DNA of 63,119 nt, counting the filler, from Neolecta irregularis DAH-3 (taxonomy: Eukaryota): the NCBI GenBank assembly GCA_001929475.1. It is 7 parts of 7 records of this genome, joined end to end, with 100 filler letters (N's around TTAATTAATTAA, not from the genome) between each part and the next. Parts side by side here need not be neighbours in the genome. Positions count along the whole stretch, not along the records: positions 11,727 to 17,192 come from LXFE01001158.1; positions 17,293 to 38,137 come from LXFE01001159.1; 5 more parts are not named here. One strand, 5' to 3'. The notes under the pieces are model-generated. The model did not search any database, was not told where the DNA came from, and saw nothing but the letters and a program-made list of their open reading frames with translations. Shown piece after piece: positions 13,030 to 23,864 of this stretch; the first letter of the stretch is position 1; every line of letters starts with the position of its first letter. Position numbers and translations under genes: made by a program.

Positions 13030-13216
13030 TGTTCGAACATTAGTTCTTACCGGACACGTGGTAGATGTTGTCGGAGTGGCAAGTATATAACGTGGGGTTT
13101 CGCATACCTAACCAAGTACAATTACTTAGGTTAGGTATGCCTCTGTAAATGAAGTACAAAAATTACTTATGTTAGAATATACCGGGTCGTATTCGTACTT
13201 TGGGCGATCACTTACA
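13030..13216 (+). mobile_element. short solo-LTR-like element, copy 3
   Basis: TG...TTACA termini with a perfect 5-bp TSD ATGGC (13025-13029 and 13217-13221); shares TCTTACC, GTATATAA and AAGTACAATTACTTAGGTTAGGTATG with the family. Confidence 0.85.
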
Positions 13217-14138
13217 ATGGCAGCTTGCTCCAAGGTGAAAAAGAACAGATTCTCCTCTGCTCTGGGGTTTTATTTCCGAGTGCTGGGATGCTGCTAAAAA
13301 GAGAGATTGATATTGGTCCTAGATCCTCGAGTCCTATGACGGCTTCGCGATCGAATATTCTCAATCAAAAGGCACTCATTTTTGCCTTCGGGTCATGGGA
13401 TATCGAACATCCTAAATCGTTGACCTACTTTGATCGACTTGTATTGCTTTTTCTCAAGTGGTATGGACCCCAAGATTCTCCCAGAGGGCGATGGGATGAT
13501 AGAAACTATAAAACTCATGTCAGAGCAATCATCTCAGCCGGAGCCGGAGCTTCAGCGAAATTTGGCAATATCTAATTATCGGTGATTAATTCAAATGATT
13601 CAGTTTTTTTGCCTTTCTCTCTTTTCTTCTATTGTTGAGCAAAGCAATGTGATATACTGTTTTTGCATTTGTGATTATTTTGTTTAGAAAATAGAAAAGA
13701 TGAATGATCATGAGACGACTGATGTGTTGAATAAACTTGCATGTATAGAGCTGTAGCTAAGGGCGCGCTTTGCAAACCCTTTCTCCGTCGAATATCATCA
13801 TGATATTAGCTAATTTGTGGTATTCGAATTATCCCAAGCATTTCTCTTTCTTTCATGGTATCCCTGATGAACCCGTGAACACTCTTCAACCAAGACATCC
13901 ACTTTATTTCAACTACACCAATAATTGAATATAGCACTACTTCGGTAGTCCGCAAAGTCGCATTGCAGATAGCTTTCTGGAGAAACTGAGAATAGTGATG
14001 GGAGAGAGAGGGGAGTCTGGGACGTGGACAAGGAAAGATTCGTTATGTGGGTAGTAAACGCGCTTCAAGAAATATTTCATTGTATATATACATAAGATAT
14101 TTCAAGTTTCCCGTATCATCCGATCTTGTAAATTCTGT

Positions 14139-15146
14139 CTACATTTCATCCTTGTTCTCGTCACCATCCTGTTCTTCGACAATGGTGTCTGTCGAGGATG
14201 GTGGTGCCACGGTTCCAACGACGATTGCGGGTATCGGTGCTACGACTTGTGCGTCGATTGCGGGTATCGGTGCTACGATTGGTGTGTCCATCATATATTG
14301 ATTCCATAATACATTCATATATTGGTTAAAACTCAGGCTACCCACCTCGGTATCAAAATTCCTATTTGGCATCGAAAGTTGCTTTTTGACATAAGCCTGG
14401 AACTTTTTGTCGGCCCAGTTGAACACGTATTTCGAAGCAAAATCCTTGACAGGTTGAATAATATTGGGTACGTGTTGAATAATATTGGGTACGTCCTCAG
14501 CGTTGAACGGAATGTATTCTTTAGCACCTTCGATTACTGCCGCACAAGCATGATTGTAAACAAATGTCCCGACTGAAGACCCGATTGAAGACCCGACTGA
14601 ACTGACTGACTTCAGGCACTTGGTGATCGTTGAGTCTTCGGTGATCGTTGAGTCTTCGGTGATCGTTGAGTCTTCGGTGGTCGTTGTGGCTTCCTTACCC
14701 TTGCTCTGGTTGATCAACTCATAGAATTTATCCTCAAATTCTCGGAATGTTTTCTCTTGCGCTTCATACAGTCTCTTGTCCTCTTCTGAAAAATCACAAT
14801 CAAGCAAATCCTTTTCATCAGCTTGTTCTTGTTCTTTCTTTTCTTGTTCAATCTTTTTTTGTTCTTTGAGCCATCTTTCCTCTTGCGTCTTTATAGGCTT
14901 ACCCGTGAAACTATCCTCGTTGAAGTGATTCCAGTTGATCGTAGGTATTATGATTCTCCGGAAAGTAGTGATTGGCGTATCCTGGGTATTCTCTGGCACA
15001 TTTGGGGTATTCTGGGTAGGCTCTAGCAGAGTTGGGGTCTTGGTATCGTCTGGTGCATCTGGACCATTCTTATCTGGCGACGGAGGGTCCAACACTGGTA
15101 GAGCTGCAACGAGACCGAGGAGAACGATGAAAGGTGCTGATAACAT
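14139..15146 (-). CDS. orphan secreted protein with short internal repeats
   Basis: Intronless 335-aa ORF; signal peptide MLSAPFIVLLGLVAALP; repeats (TITEDS)x3, PNIIQ x2, VAPIPAI x2. Confidence 0.8.
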   Translation of the reverse strand: MLSAPFIVLLGLVAALPVLDPPSPDKNGPDAPDDTKTPTLLEPTQNTPNVPENTQDTPITTFRRIIIPTINWNHFNEDSFTGKPIKTQEERWLKEQKKIEQEKKEQEQADEKDLLDCDFSEEDKRLYEAQEKTFREFEDKFYELINQSKGKEATTTTEDSTITEDSTITEDSTITKCLKSVSSVGSSIGSSVGTFVYNHACAAVIEGAKEYIPFNAEDVPNIIQHVPNIIQPVKDFASKYVFNWADKKFQAYVKKQLSMPNRNFDTEVGSLSFNQYMNVLWNQYMMDTPIVAPIPAIDAQVVAPIPAIVVGTVAPPSSTDTIVEEQDGDENKDEM

Positions 15147-16163
15147 GTGCTGGTGATGTACGCGATTACTGAACAGAAAGTGGGAGATATGGCCGTTTTT
15201 ATAGACACAATGTCTCGGATTTGAGACGGATCCTGGGAAATTTTACCTCTCAAGCCACTGATCTAGATGCGTAGGTGGAACATATCATCTGACCTTTAGA
15301 AACATCTACGCAACCGGTTTGTAATGTAGCGATCTAAAAAATGAATAATTGCAAAGTCTTCATTGAAAATCCGAGACCTATTTCTCTTGATGTAGATGGG
15401 CCGTGGGCCTAAGAGTCAGATGAAGAGATGAGGAACAAGATGAGAGTGGTCAGGGTAATTGTAACGTGATATCATAACAAATTCAACATTCTTGAATACC
15501 ACATTCGTTATAAGCAGGTTCGATTGTAGTTGAAAAAGGAAAATGTCGTCCGTCACCATTGATTCAGATTGAATCTGAGATGAAATCTGAGTCACATTTC
15601 CGGCATCATTCTCAATATGTTTCAATTACATGAGTTGGTTCCGAAAATAGATCTTGGCACGGGCAACCTGGCAAAATTGTGTTTCCAGTTGGAACAAGAT
15701 TTGAATAGTATATAAAACCGAAACTAAGACCTTTTTTCGTGTGGATCAATATTCATAGTAATAGTTAAATTATGGTTTCAGTAGGTGAAAGATATGAAAC
15801 CGTATATAAACCTGAAAAGCAGGATATTTCGGCTCTTTCTCAGTGTAGATAAATATTAAGACAAGATGATAGCATTGTAACAGCTAAATCCGTACAACAT
15901 TTGAAACAGTATATAAAAACTGTAAAAGACGAGATATTCCTGGCCATTCTTGGGGTGGATAAAAGCATTTTGTATGCAGGCTTTGAGACAGTGGGGTTCC
16001 AATTTATGAGTACAATGGCTTTGAATCGTCACAGGGTAAAGTTTCACCTGGTATGTTCGAATCCATGACATCACGCGGGCAACTAGAGCAGGAGGAGACT
16101 GAGGCTGATGCTGAGTCATTGAACCAAATTCTCTGTATCTGGATTTAGTGTCGGTCAGCAAAA

Positions 16164-16262
16164 CCACGGCGACTCCAACTCCGACCACGGCGACTCCAAC
16201 TCCGACCACGGCGACTCCAACTCCGACCACGGCGACTTCAACTCCGACGATTGCAACTCCGA
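16164..16262 (+). repeat. minisatellite, 4+ copies of 21-bp CCACGGCGACTCCAACTCCGA
   Basis: Read directly from the sequence. Confidence 0.95.
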
Positions 16263-16316
16263 CAGCCGATTGCAACTCCAAAAACATCGCCGACCACGAC
16301 CCGCGATTCCAAATCA

Positions 16317-16778
16317 ATGCCCGCCATCCCCCACTGGAACGCCTTCTTTGCCCTGCGAGCGGCGCGCTCGCTGTATTCGCGGGCGGCGGTGCTGCCGAGC
16401 GCGGTGGGCGGCTTCTGCGCGGGCGTGCACTACTTTGCGTCGCACGACATCGACCCGTCGCAGCCGGTGTGGGGCATCGACCCGTTCATGGTCTACGGCG
16501 CGGCGACGTTTGCGTGTGCGGCGGGCGCGGGGCTGCTGGGCGCTCCTGTCGGCGCGGGGCTGTGGGCGCTTGTGCACCGGCGCTGCCTGCCCGAGTTCTC
16601 CGCCCGCGAGGCGCTGTTCCTGCGCCGCATCCGCGCCCGCCGCGTCGACCCGCGCTTCCAGAGCTACGCAAACCCGGTGCCCGACTACTACGGCGAGAAG
16701 ATCACCAGCGTCGCCGCCTACAGAAAGTGGCTGCGCGACCAGCGAAAGTACAACCGCAAGCGAGAAAAGTTTTTGTAG
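16317..16778 (+). CDS. PAM17: presequence translocase-associated motor subunit Pam17
   Basis: WNAFFALR start, GIDPFMVYG, two TM segments and the signature RVDP.FQSYANPVPDYYGEKI.S...YRKWLRD; intronless and very GC-rich. Confidence 0.92.
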   Translation: MPAIPHWNAFFALRAARSLYSRAAVLPSAVGGFCAGVHYFASHDIDPSQPVWGIDPFMVYGAATFACAAGAGLLGAPVGAGLWALVHRRCLPEFSAREALFLRRIRARRVDPRFQSYANPVPDYYGEKITSVAAYRKWLRDQRKYNRKREKFL

Positions 16779-16907
16779 TCTTCCTGTGTACACTATCTGT
16801 CTGATCTGACCTGACCTCTTCTGATCCTGGTCTCTGTCTGATCCTGGTCTCTTCTGATCTCTGCCCTGACCTCTGCCCATTCCTTCCGGGTCCCTCCCTG
16901 ATCCGCC

Positions 16908-17192
16908 ATTAAACAAACGCATTCGTCGACGACGACCTGCAAATTAACGCGCCCCAGAACATAGTCACCTCGCCAGCGGGCTGCTCAGGTTGCGCCCGTC
17001 GCTGCCGACCTCCACCTGCCGGTCGCTGCTGCCCTCCCCAGCAACAACCACCTCCGCCGCCCGCCCCGCCGCGCCGCACACACCGCTGGCGCGCATCGCC
17101 TCCGTCACCGTCCCGCTGCGGACCGACTGCACGCTGGGCGAGCTCGACAGCGGCCGCTCCTCCGCCTTGCGCGGCAGCGGCAGCGTGCTCAC
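16908..17192 (-). CDS. 3' end of an unknown GC-rich gene, truncated by the gap
   Basis: Open frame from the gap, a putative GTGACT...TTGCAG intron, then SSSTNAFV*. Confidence 0.4.
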
Positions 17193-17292
17193 NNNNNNNN
17201 NNNNNNNNNNNNNNNNNNNNNNNNNNNNNNNNNNNNTTAATTAATTAANNNNNNNNNNNNNNNNNNNNNNNNNNNNNNNNNNNNNNNNNNNN
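17193..17292. other. artificial assembly spacer
   Basis: N44-TTAATTAATTAA-N44. Confidence 0.98.
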
Positions 17293-17889
17293 CGATTCCA
17301 CAGGTGGGACAGAACACATGTAACAAAAGGACTGAAGCTGTCAAAGAAAATTAGCAAACACCCTATTTGAAACGAAAACAAAAGCTATTTTTTACCGTTT
17401 CTTAAGGTGTTGACGTGACACATAATTTGTTTGGAATTAGAACAGAGACTATAGAACGCAGAGGCAATACGCCATGCATAACCTTGAACCAGGAAATAAT
17501 GTAAGAAATCTGTGGGTGACGCAAAATAAGGCAACCCCGCAAATATGACAAGTACTTTAACATCCCTCTGGTTTAACATTTTACATCGTCGTTTCTATTT
17601 ACAGACTCTCGATTTCCGTCAGAGGTATTTTATAGGAAATAGAATTTCAAAGAGGAAATCGCAGTTCTAATTTTCGATGTAATTACAAATGATGGAAATC
17701 GAGCAATAGGTGCTTGGATCAGCGGTCCCTTCAGATTTATGCGAGGTTCTAATAGAATGCGAGCCTTTGAACCTGAATATATGTAGCATCTCCGACACGC
17801 AGTGTTACATTTATGGTCTCCCAATTTCTGGACATAGAAACCTCTATCACGCAGGAGTAAAGTTGTCTTGCCAGTTACAGCGGCTAACC

Positions 17890-18415
17890 TCATCTCTTCC
17901 CCCATCCTCTATCACTATTCCTATCCATCTCCAACAGTTACCTCCTTTCGCTCCTTCAGAACTTCTATAATTATCTCACGTCGTCATATCAATTGTCTCT
18001 AGTTACCTTGCAGCGCGTTGTTAGAAGTCATACGGTCAGCCAATCCAACAACGTGTTTCTGCGTTTAACCTTGAAGAACTAGGTCCTTGGATCGGCCCCG
18101 GCCAGCTATAGCTCTCTTGCATTGGGGAATGCGATCGGTTGTCTCACTGGGTTAGCCTTATCTTTTTGCTATCTTATCTTTTGTGTTTTTCCGAGTTACT
18201 GGGTATGTTCTGCTGATAGGATAAAATGCTACTTGGATTTCTTCCTCTCGACAGGGACGCCGTCCGAATAGCAAGTCAAGTTCTTCTTTTCTTTGATAAC
18301 TTGATTGTCCGCTATAAGACCTGGTCCTCACACAAACAATTCAATCTATTGCATAAAGAACCCAATACTCATCAACAATACAAACTCACTGGTGAATCTT
18401 AACTGAACTTGCGTG
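17890..18415 (+). repeat. diverged ~530-bp direct repeat, copy A (upstream of MFS gene)
   Basis: Colinear shared blocks with 21085-21650: CCTTCAGAACT, CGGTCAGCCAA, ACGTGTTTCT, TTGAAGAACTAGGTC, CGGTTGTCTCACTGGGT, GATAGGATAAAA, GATAACTTGATT, CGCTATAAGACC. Confidence 0.9.
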
Positions 18416-18829
18416 CGAAAACACGCCTTCCATCCTCCAACGCTACCGTCCCTCCCCCGGGATCTTCTGAAGTCCACTCAGCAGCGTGTCCTCGATTAGG
18501 CTCTGCTTTCCCGAACGGGACAACGCTACCTCCGGCTGATATCGCGTAACTTCTGGATCTCGTCTCTGCTTCAGCGTAGGTTCTCAGATTGATATTTCTA
18601 CATAGGAAGTAGAGTTCCTATCTGAGGCAACTCCCCGAATAGGATGCGCGCTAGAAGCCAGACAGGGGTATCGGCAGTGTTCGGTAGTTACGATCGACGT
18701 CGGAAAAAGTGGTACATCGGAATTACGCCGGCGCTTCCTCGGTCAATGGCAAATGCCTCCATTTGAACTCCGCTCCCTCATATCATATTTAACTTATAAT
18801 CCTTACAGCGATCACAACTCATCCAAGTT

Positions 18830-20582
18830 ATGGACGAGCACCGCCAACAAGACCAGCCTACTCTCATGCCAAATGTAAGACAGCATCCTGGGGACGAAGT
18901 ATATTCCCTTCAGCTAGCCTCTTCGGCCTCGTCCCTCCCTGAGACGAAAATTGAAGAGGGGGTTGACCTGGAGCGACAAGAATCGAATGAGTTGGAATTG
19001 ATAAAAACATACGATGGCGTATCAAACGATCTTCGAAAAGACGAAGGACTACGAAGAGTTTGCAGTCACGGCAACGTAGTTGGATGGGAATCTGAAGATG
19101 ACCCTGCAAACCCACGTAACTGGATTCGTTGGAGAAAAAGTGTTGCACTTGGCATCGTCTCGATGGGCTCCACATTCTCGTGCGTTGCCTGTTGTATGAC
19201 TGCCTGATGTTAATTACTGGATTAGACCACTAGCTTCGTCCATGTTTGCACCCGGTGTTAGCACTCTATTGATGGATTTTCATACGTCCAGTACGGTACT
19301 ACCTACGCTTGTTGTTTCCGTTTTCGTGCTTGGATATGCAGCTGGTCCATTGTACATGGCTTCTGCATAATTTTGTCTGACTGTCAGAATCTTGGGCCCA
19401 CTCTCAGAGATTTACGGGCGCGCACCTGTGACGAATGCTGCCAGCGTTCTCTTCTTTGTTTTCACAATCCTTTGCGCAAAGTCGACAAGTTTAAACATGC
19501 TAATCGGGATGCGATTCCTTGCTGGATTGGTTGGGTCATCACCTCTTACCATTGGTGGGGGTATCATTTCTGACCTATTCGCACCCGAGGAACGTGGTAC
19601 AGCCGTTGCCATCTTTTCCTTTGGCCCTCTCGTTGGTCCAGTCATTGGACCAATCGCTGGTGGATTTATTGCTGAAACGATTGGATGGAGATGGGTTTTT
19701 TGGATCCTTGCGATTGCGGGGGGGATTACTGCAATTGGAGGCTTGCTGTTCCTTCAAGAAACGAACGCAATGGTTCTCCTTGAACGAAAAGCTGAGAAGT
19801 TACGCAAGTCTACCGGAAATATGGAACTACACGCCTCTATGAACCGGGAAGTCAGCCCTGGAACGCTTTTGCTACATGGAATCGCTCGGCCATTCAAAGT
19901 ATGTATTATTTATATGAATCCTTATTAATCCAAATAGTTGCTCACTCAGAGCATTATCGTCCTCTGTCTTTCGCTCTATATTGCTCTGATATATGGATAT
20001 CTATACATCCTGTTTACGACCTTCACCGAAGTGTTCGAAAGTACTTACGCCTTCAACAACGGAACAGCAGGCCTGTCTTACCTTGGAATCGGTATCGGAT
20101 TTCTAATTGGTTTATTCATCGTCGGAAACACATCAGATCGTATATTCATATACCTTTCTAAGAAAAATGGTCGTCAATTACCCGAATATCGATTTCCAAT
20201 CATGATTGTGGGTGCTATTTTCGTTCCAGTCGGCCTTTTCTGGTATGGATGGTCTGTTGAAAGACATGATCATTGGATTGTTCCAATTATCGGTACAACC
20301 CCTTTTGGGATAGGGATGATTTCGGCCTTCTTTCCGGTTCAAGTCTACCTCATCGATGCATTCTCATACTACGCGGCGAGTGCCCTTGCCGCTACAACTC
20401 TTCTGCGGAGCTTAGCCGGCGCTTTCTTGCCTCTTGCAGGGCCTAAGATGTATGCAAAGCTGGGGTTCGGATGGGGCAACTCGCTGCTAGGAATTATTGC
20501 TTTAGCTATGCTACCAATGCCCGTTGTCTTTTTTAAATACGGCGAGAAGATTCGTTTGCGTTATCCAGTCAAGTTGGGATGA
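18830..20582 (+). CDS. MFS drug:H+ antiporter, DHA1 family (Tpo/Flr-like)
   Basis: [54 protein letters not shown] and YAASALAA motifs; 3 introns. Confidence 0.95.
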
Positions 20583-21084
20583 AGGAATAATTATTGCTAC
20601 TATTCTCATTTCTCTATAAAGCTATAGCGGAGGGTAGAATCACTGGGTTTTTATATTGCATATAAAATTGCATTTAGTTGTAATGCTGTTGATTAATTGA
20701 AAATATTTTAACCCTGTAGAGGTCCTCAGGCATTGTGTTCATGCCTCGTCGTTAATCATAATTTCATTAGGATACATAGCAGAGAGATGACCTCAAAGAT
20801 ATGCACTAATGGGGTGATAATGGTACTTGAGAAAGAGCAGATAGCGTATTTAGTAAGGTCATCAAATACAAATATTTTTGGATACGATTTAGGTGATAAG
20901 CTAGACACCGTAAACAAGAAGGCAGTAAATAATGACGAATGGCAAAATCTTGTAGAATTTGACAGCTTGTATACCGTGATGCGTAGGCTTATAAAATGAG
21001 GCATGTCCATTCATGATGAGAAGAAAGTGCAACATTTGGCGTGAGATATCAAGATCATCAGGATGGCATGGGTAATATCAGGGG

Positions 21085-21650
21085 TTATCTCCTCCCTCAC
21101 CCTCTATCCCCTAACACTATCCCTATGTACACCAGCAGTTATCCCCCCGCCCCTTCAGAACTCCAATCACTATCCTATATTGTCACAGCATTTACCTCAA
21201 CTATGTTGCGCGGAATTTTTAGACGTCGCAGCACGCGGTCAGCCAAAACCAACGACGTGTTTCTACGTTTAACTTTGAAGAACTAGGTCATTGGATCGGT
21301 CTCGCTCGCCATAGGTCTCTCGTATAGGGGGATTGCGGCCGGTTGTCTCACTGGGTCTAGTTTAGAGAAGTTTCATATCTTTTATTTTTGTTTACTTTAT
21401 CATTTTTGTTTTTCCGAGCCACTTGGCATAGCGTGTGTTCTGCGGATAGGATAAAAGGGCTGCGAAGGTTTCTTTTTCGATAGACGAAGATACTGTCTGA
21501 ATAGCGAGTCAAGTCTTTTCTTGGATAACTTGATTCCTCGCTATAAGACCCCGCCCTCGCACAGCAAAGCTTCAAACCCCATTTCCACCAAGAATCTACC
21601 ACTCGTCAAAGCAGTCAAAACTCACCGTGAACACTGATTGGAACCTGTGC
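21085..21650 (+). repeat. diverged ~530-bp direct repeat, copy B (downstream of MFS, upstream of SRA-bromo gene)
   Basis: Same colinear blocks as copy A at 17890-18415. Confidence 0.9.
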
Positions 21651-22032
21651 TAACAGACTCAATCAAAAAATGTTTGAAATACAGAGATTAAAAAAATACG
21701 TTCTTCTCAATACAATTCGTTTTAAAGTATATTGAATACAGCTGCGAATGAATTACGGATGTGGCATTCATATAATAATAATTTGGGGGATCGACAAAGT
21801 GGTTTGTGCTTTTGAAACCCAAACATCCTGGACTATCTTATCAAATCTCGGCCTGCAATCACGTCCGCCTAATTATTCTTCACTCAAATTGTGTGGAATT
21901 TCCAAAATTATCGCCATCATCAGTGAACTCCTCCAAAAGTCAAGATCACATTCCCCTTATTAAGCTGTTCTCAGACTCAAACAAACCAAAGAGAACTGAT
22001 TCACAATTGAGTTCTCAGCACCCACGAAGACG

Positions 22033-23764
22033 ATGTTCCCAGATTATTACTCTTCTTCAAATTTAAATAGCACTGATCTTTTCCTTTTTGGTCTAAACGA
22101 GGAAATTGGTTCTAATGCTTTGAATTTGACCGACTTGTCGCACTTCTCTGCTTGCGATCCACCAAAGGTACCCCTCAAGACGCCTAAAGCCAAGAAGCGA
22201 AAGTCGAGTGAATCAAATCTTATCTTCCAAACAGAAGAGCGCATTGCTCCTGGGATTATTAGACGAAGAGTCAATGGACGGCTCTCGATGTCATTCGATG
22301 ATCATATAAAAGAGAAGAAGAAGCGGATGGGAAAATCCAAGGTCTTCGGCCCGATTGAAGGATTCCCAGTGGTAAAGTCTATGTCTACAATCGCTGAAAT
22401 ATAGGGATATTGGTGGGCGTTCCGTATGGAGTGCCATCGCGACGGCATTCATGAAGCTCCAGTTGCGGGTATAGTTGGAACCCCTCAGACTGGATGCCCG
22501 TCAATTGCCATCAGTGGGGGTTACGAAGATGATGTCGACAATGGTTCCAATGTTTCTACATTCAATGGCTTATACTTAGGATACGAATTCATTTATACGG
22601 GCGCAGGTGGCAGGGACTTGAAAGGTACAGAAGAAACACGAAAAAACCTTCGCACCGCCCCTCAGTCAAAGGACCAAGAGGCTTCATCTACCAACATGGC
22701 TTTGATGAAATCTTGTGACGAAAAGTTACCGGTACGTGTTGTAAGAGGTTTCAAGGGCCGTAAACCTTGGGCACCACCGGTTGGATTTCGGTATCACAGG
22801 CAACTCTAATTTGGCTGATGTCAGATATGATGGGCTTTACCGGGTAGTAAAATATTATCAAGTAGTTGGCATTTCTGGCTTCAAGGTTATTGTTGTCACT
22901 CTCATTAAAGCTTATCTAAAGGTCTGGCGATTCGATTTTGCAAGGCTACCTAATCAACCACCTATCGACATCGAAGGAGTTTATGCGAAAGAACACCATC
23001 AATATGAGCTCGCTGGAGTTGTAATTGACGAGCAAACCGGAAAACTCCATAAGAAGGCGTCTACCCACATCAGGTCTAAAAAGGGATGCGATTCTATAAA
23101 AAACCCTGCAACACTAAAAGAAAAACCTCCAGTGATCTCTGTCAAGAGTGAGTATAGAAATGGTGTAGAAGGGAACAATTTATTGGATATAAAGCACGAG
23201 GATGAATCTTCCAAACCACGGAATTCTCGTGCTGTCGGAAAACTCTGTAAAACCAACAGAGTGAAGTCAGTACTTTCAGAAATCAATGTTCAGCAGCAGA
23301 TATTCGAGCCAATTGAATATATTGTGATGGGCGATGCTAGAGCTGAATGCAAAGAGAGAAAAATTAAACGAGAAACTGGAAGTTCAAATACGGAAAACTC
23401 GTGGGAAACGAGCTGTCAACGAATTCTTGATACTTTATTCTGCCGGACCTACGCCAATATTGCCATTTCGTTCCTTGAGCCTGTTGGTAAAGCCTTCATT
23501 CGTCCAAGTATTAACCCTGTAGATCGTGATGAATACCCAGACTATTATGAGGAAATCCAGAAACCCATAGACCTTGGGTTGGTACAAAATAGACTCGCAA
23601 GCAGGGTCTACAACTGCCCACAGGAATTCTACGACGACCTCGCCTTGATGTTCGCGAACTGTCACTACTATAATATGGAGGGCTCTGATATTGTCCAGGA
23701 TGCAACCAGGCTTGAGGGTGTGTTTAAGCGCCGGTGGGCAAAGGTGTTTGGAACAATGGAGTAG
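22033..23764 (+). CDS. SRA/YDG (UHRF1-type) domain plus C-terminal bromodomain protein
   Basis: SRA motifs FGPIEGFPVG, GIHEAPVAGI, SIAISGGYEDD, FIYTGAGGRDL, PVRVVRG and FRYDGLY. Bromodomain FLEPV-DRDEYPDYYEEIQKPIDL...YNCPQEFYDDLALMFANCHYYN. Five short introns. Confidence 0.88.
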
Positions 23765-23864
23765 AACGGAACTTTGCATATGGTGATAGCCAATTAATTG
23801 CGCAGGTGTAGTGGCCTAATATTTCTGCTGCACTTCTCCGCTTTTAATTCTCTCCTCCAATAAA

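Noticed and set aside
13225-13575. 116-aa ORF beside the solo LTR
   Set aside because: Non-ATG start and no recognisable gag/pol or other motif.
15856-16922. Long overlapping ORFs in several frames around PAM17
   Set aside because: These are a by-product of high GC and the minisatellite; only one frame matches Pam17.
20733-20999. 88-aa ORF between the MFS gene and repeat copy B
   Set aside because: No homology recognised; it is not an MFS remnant.
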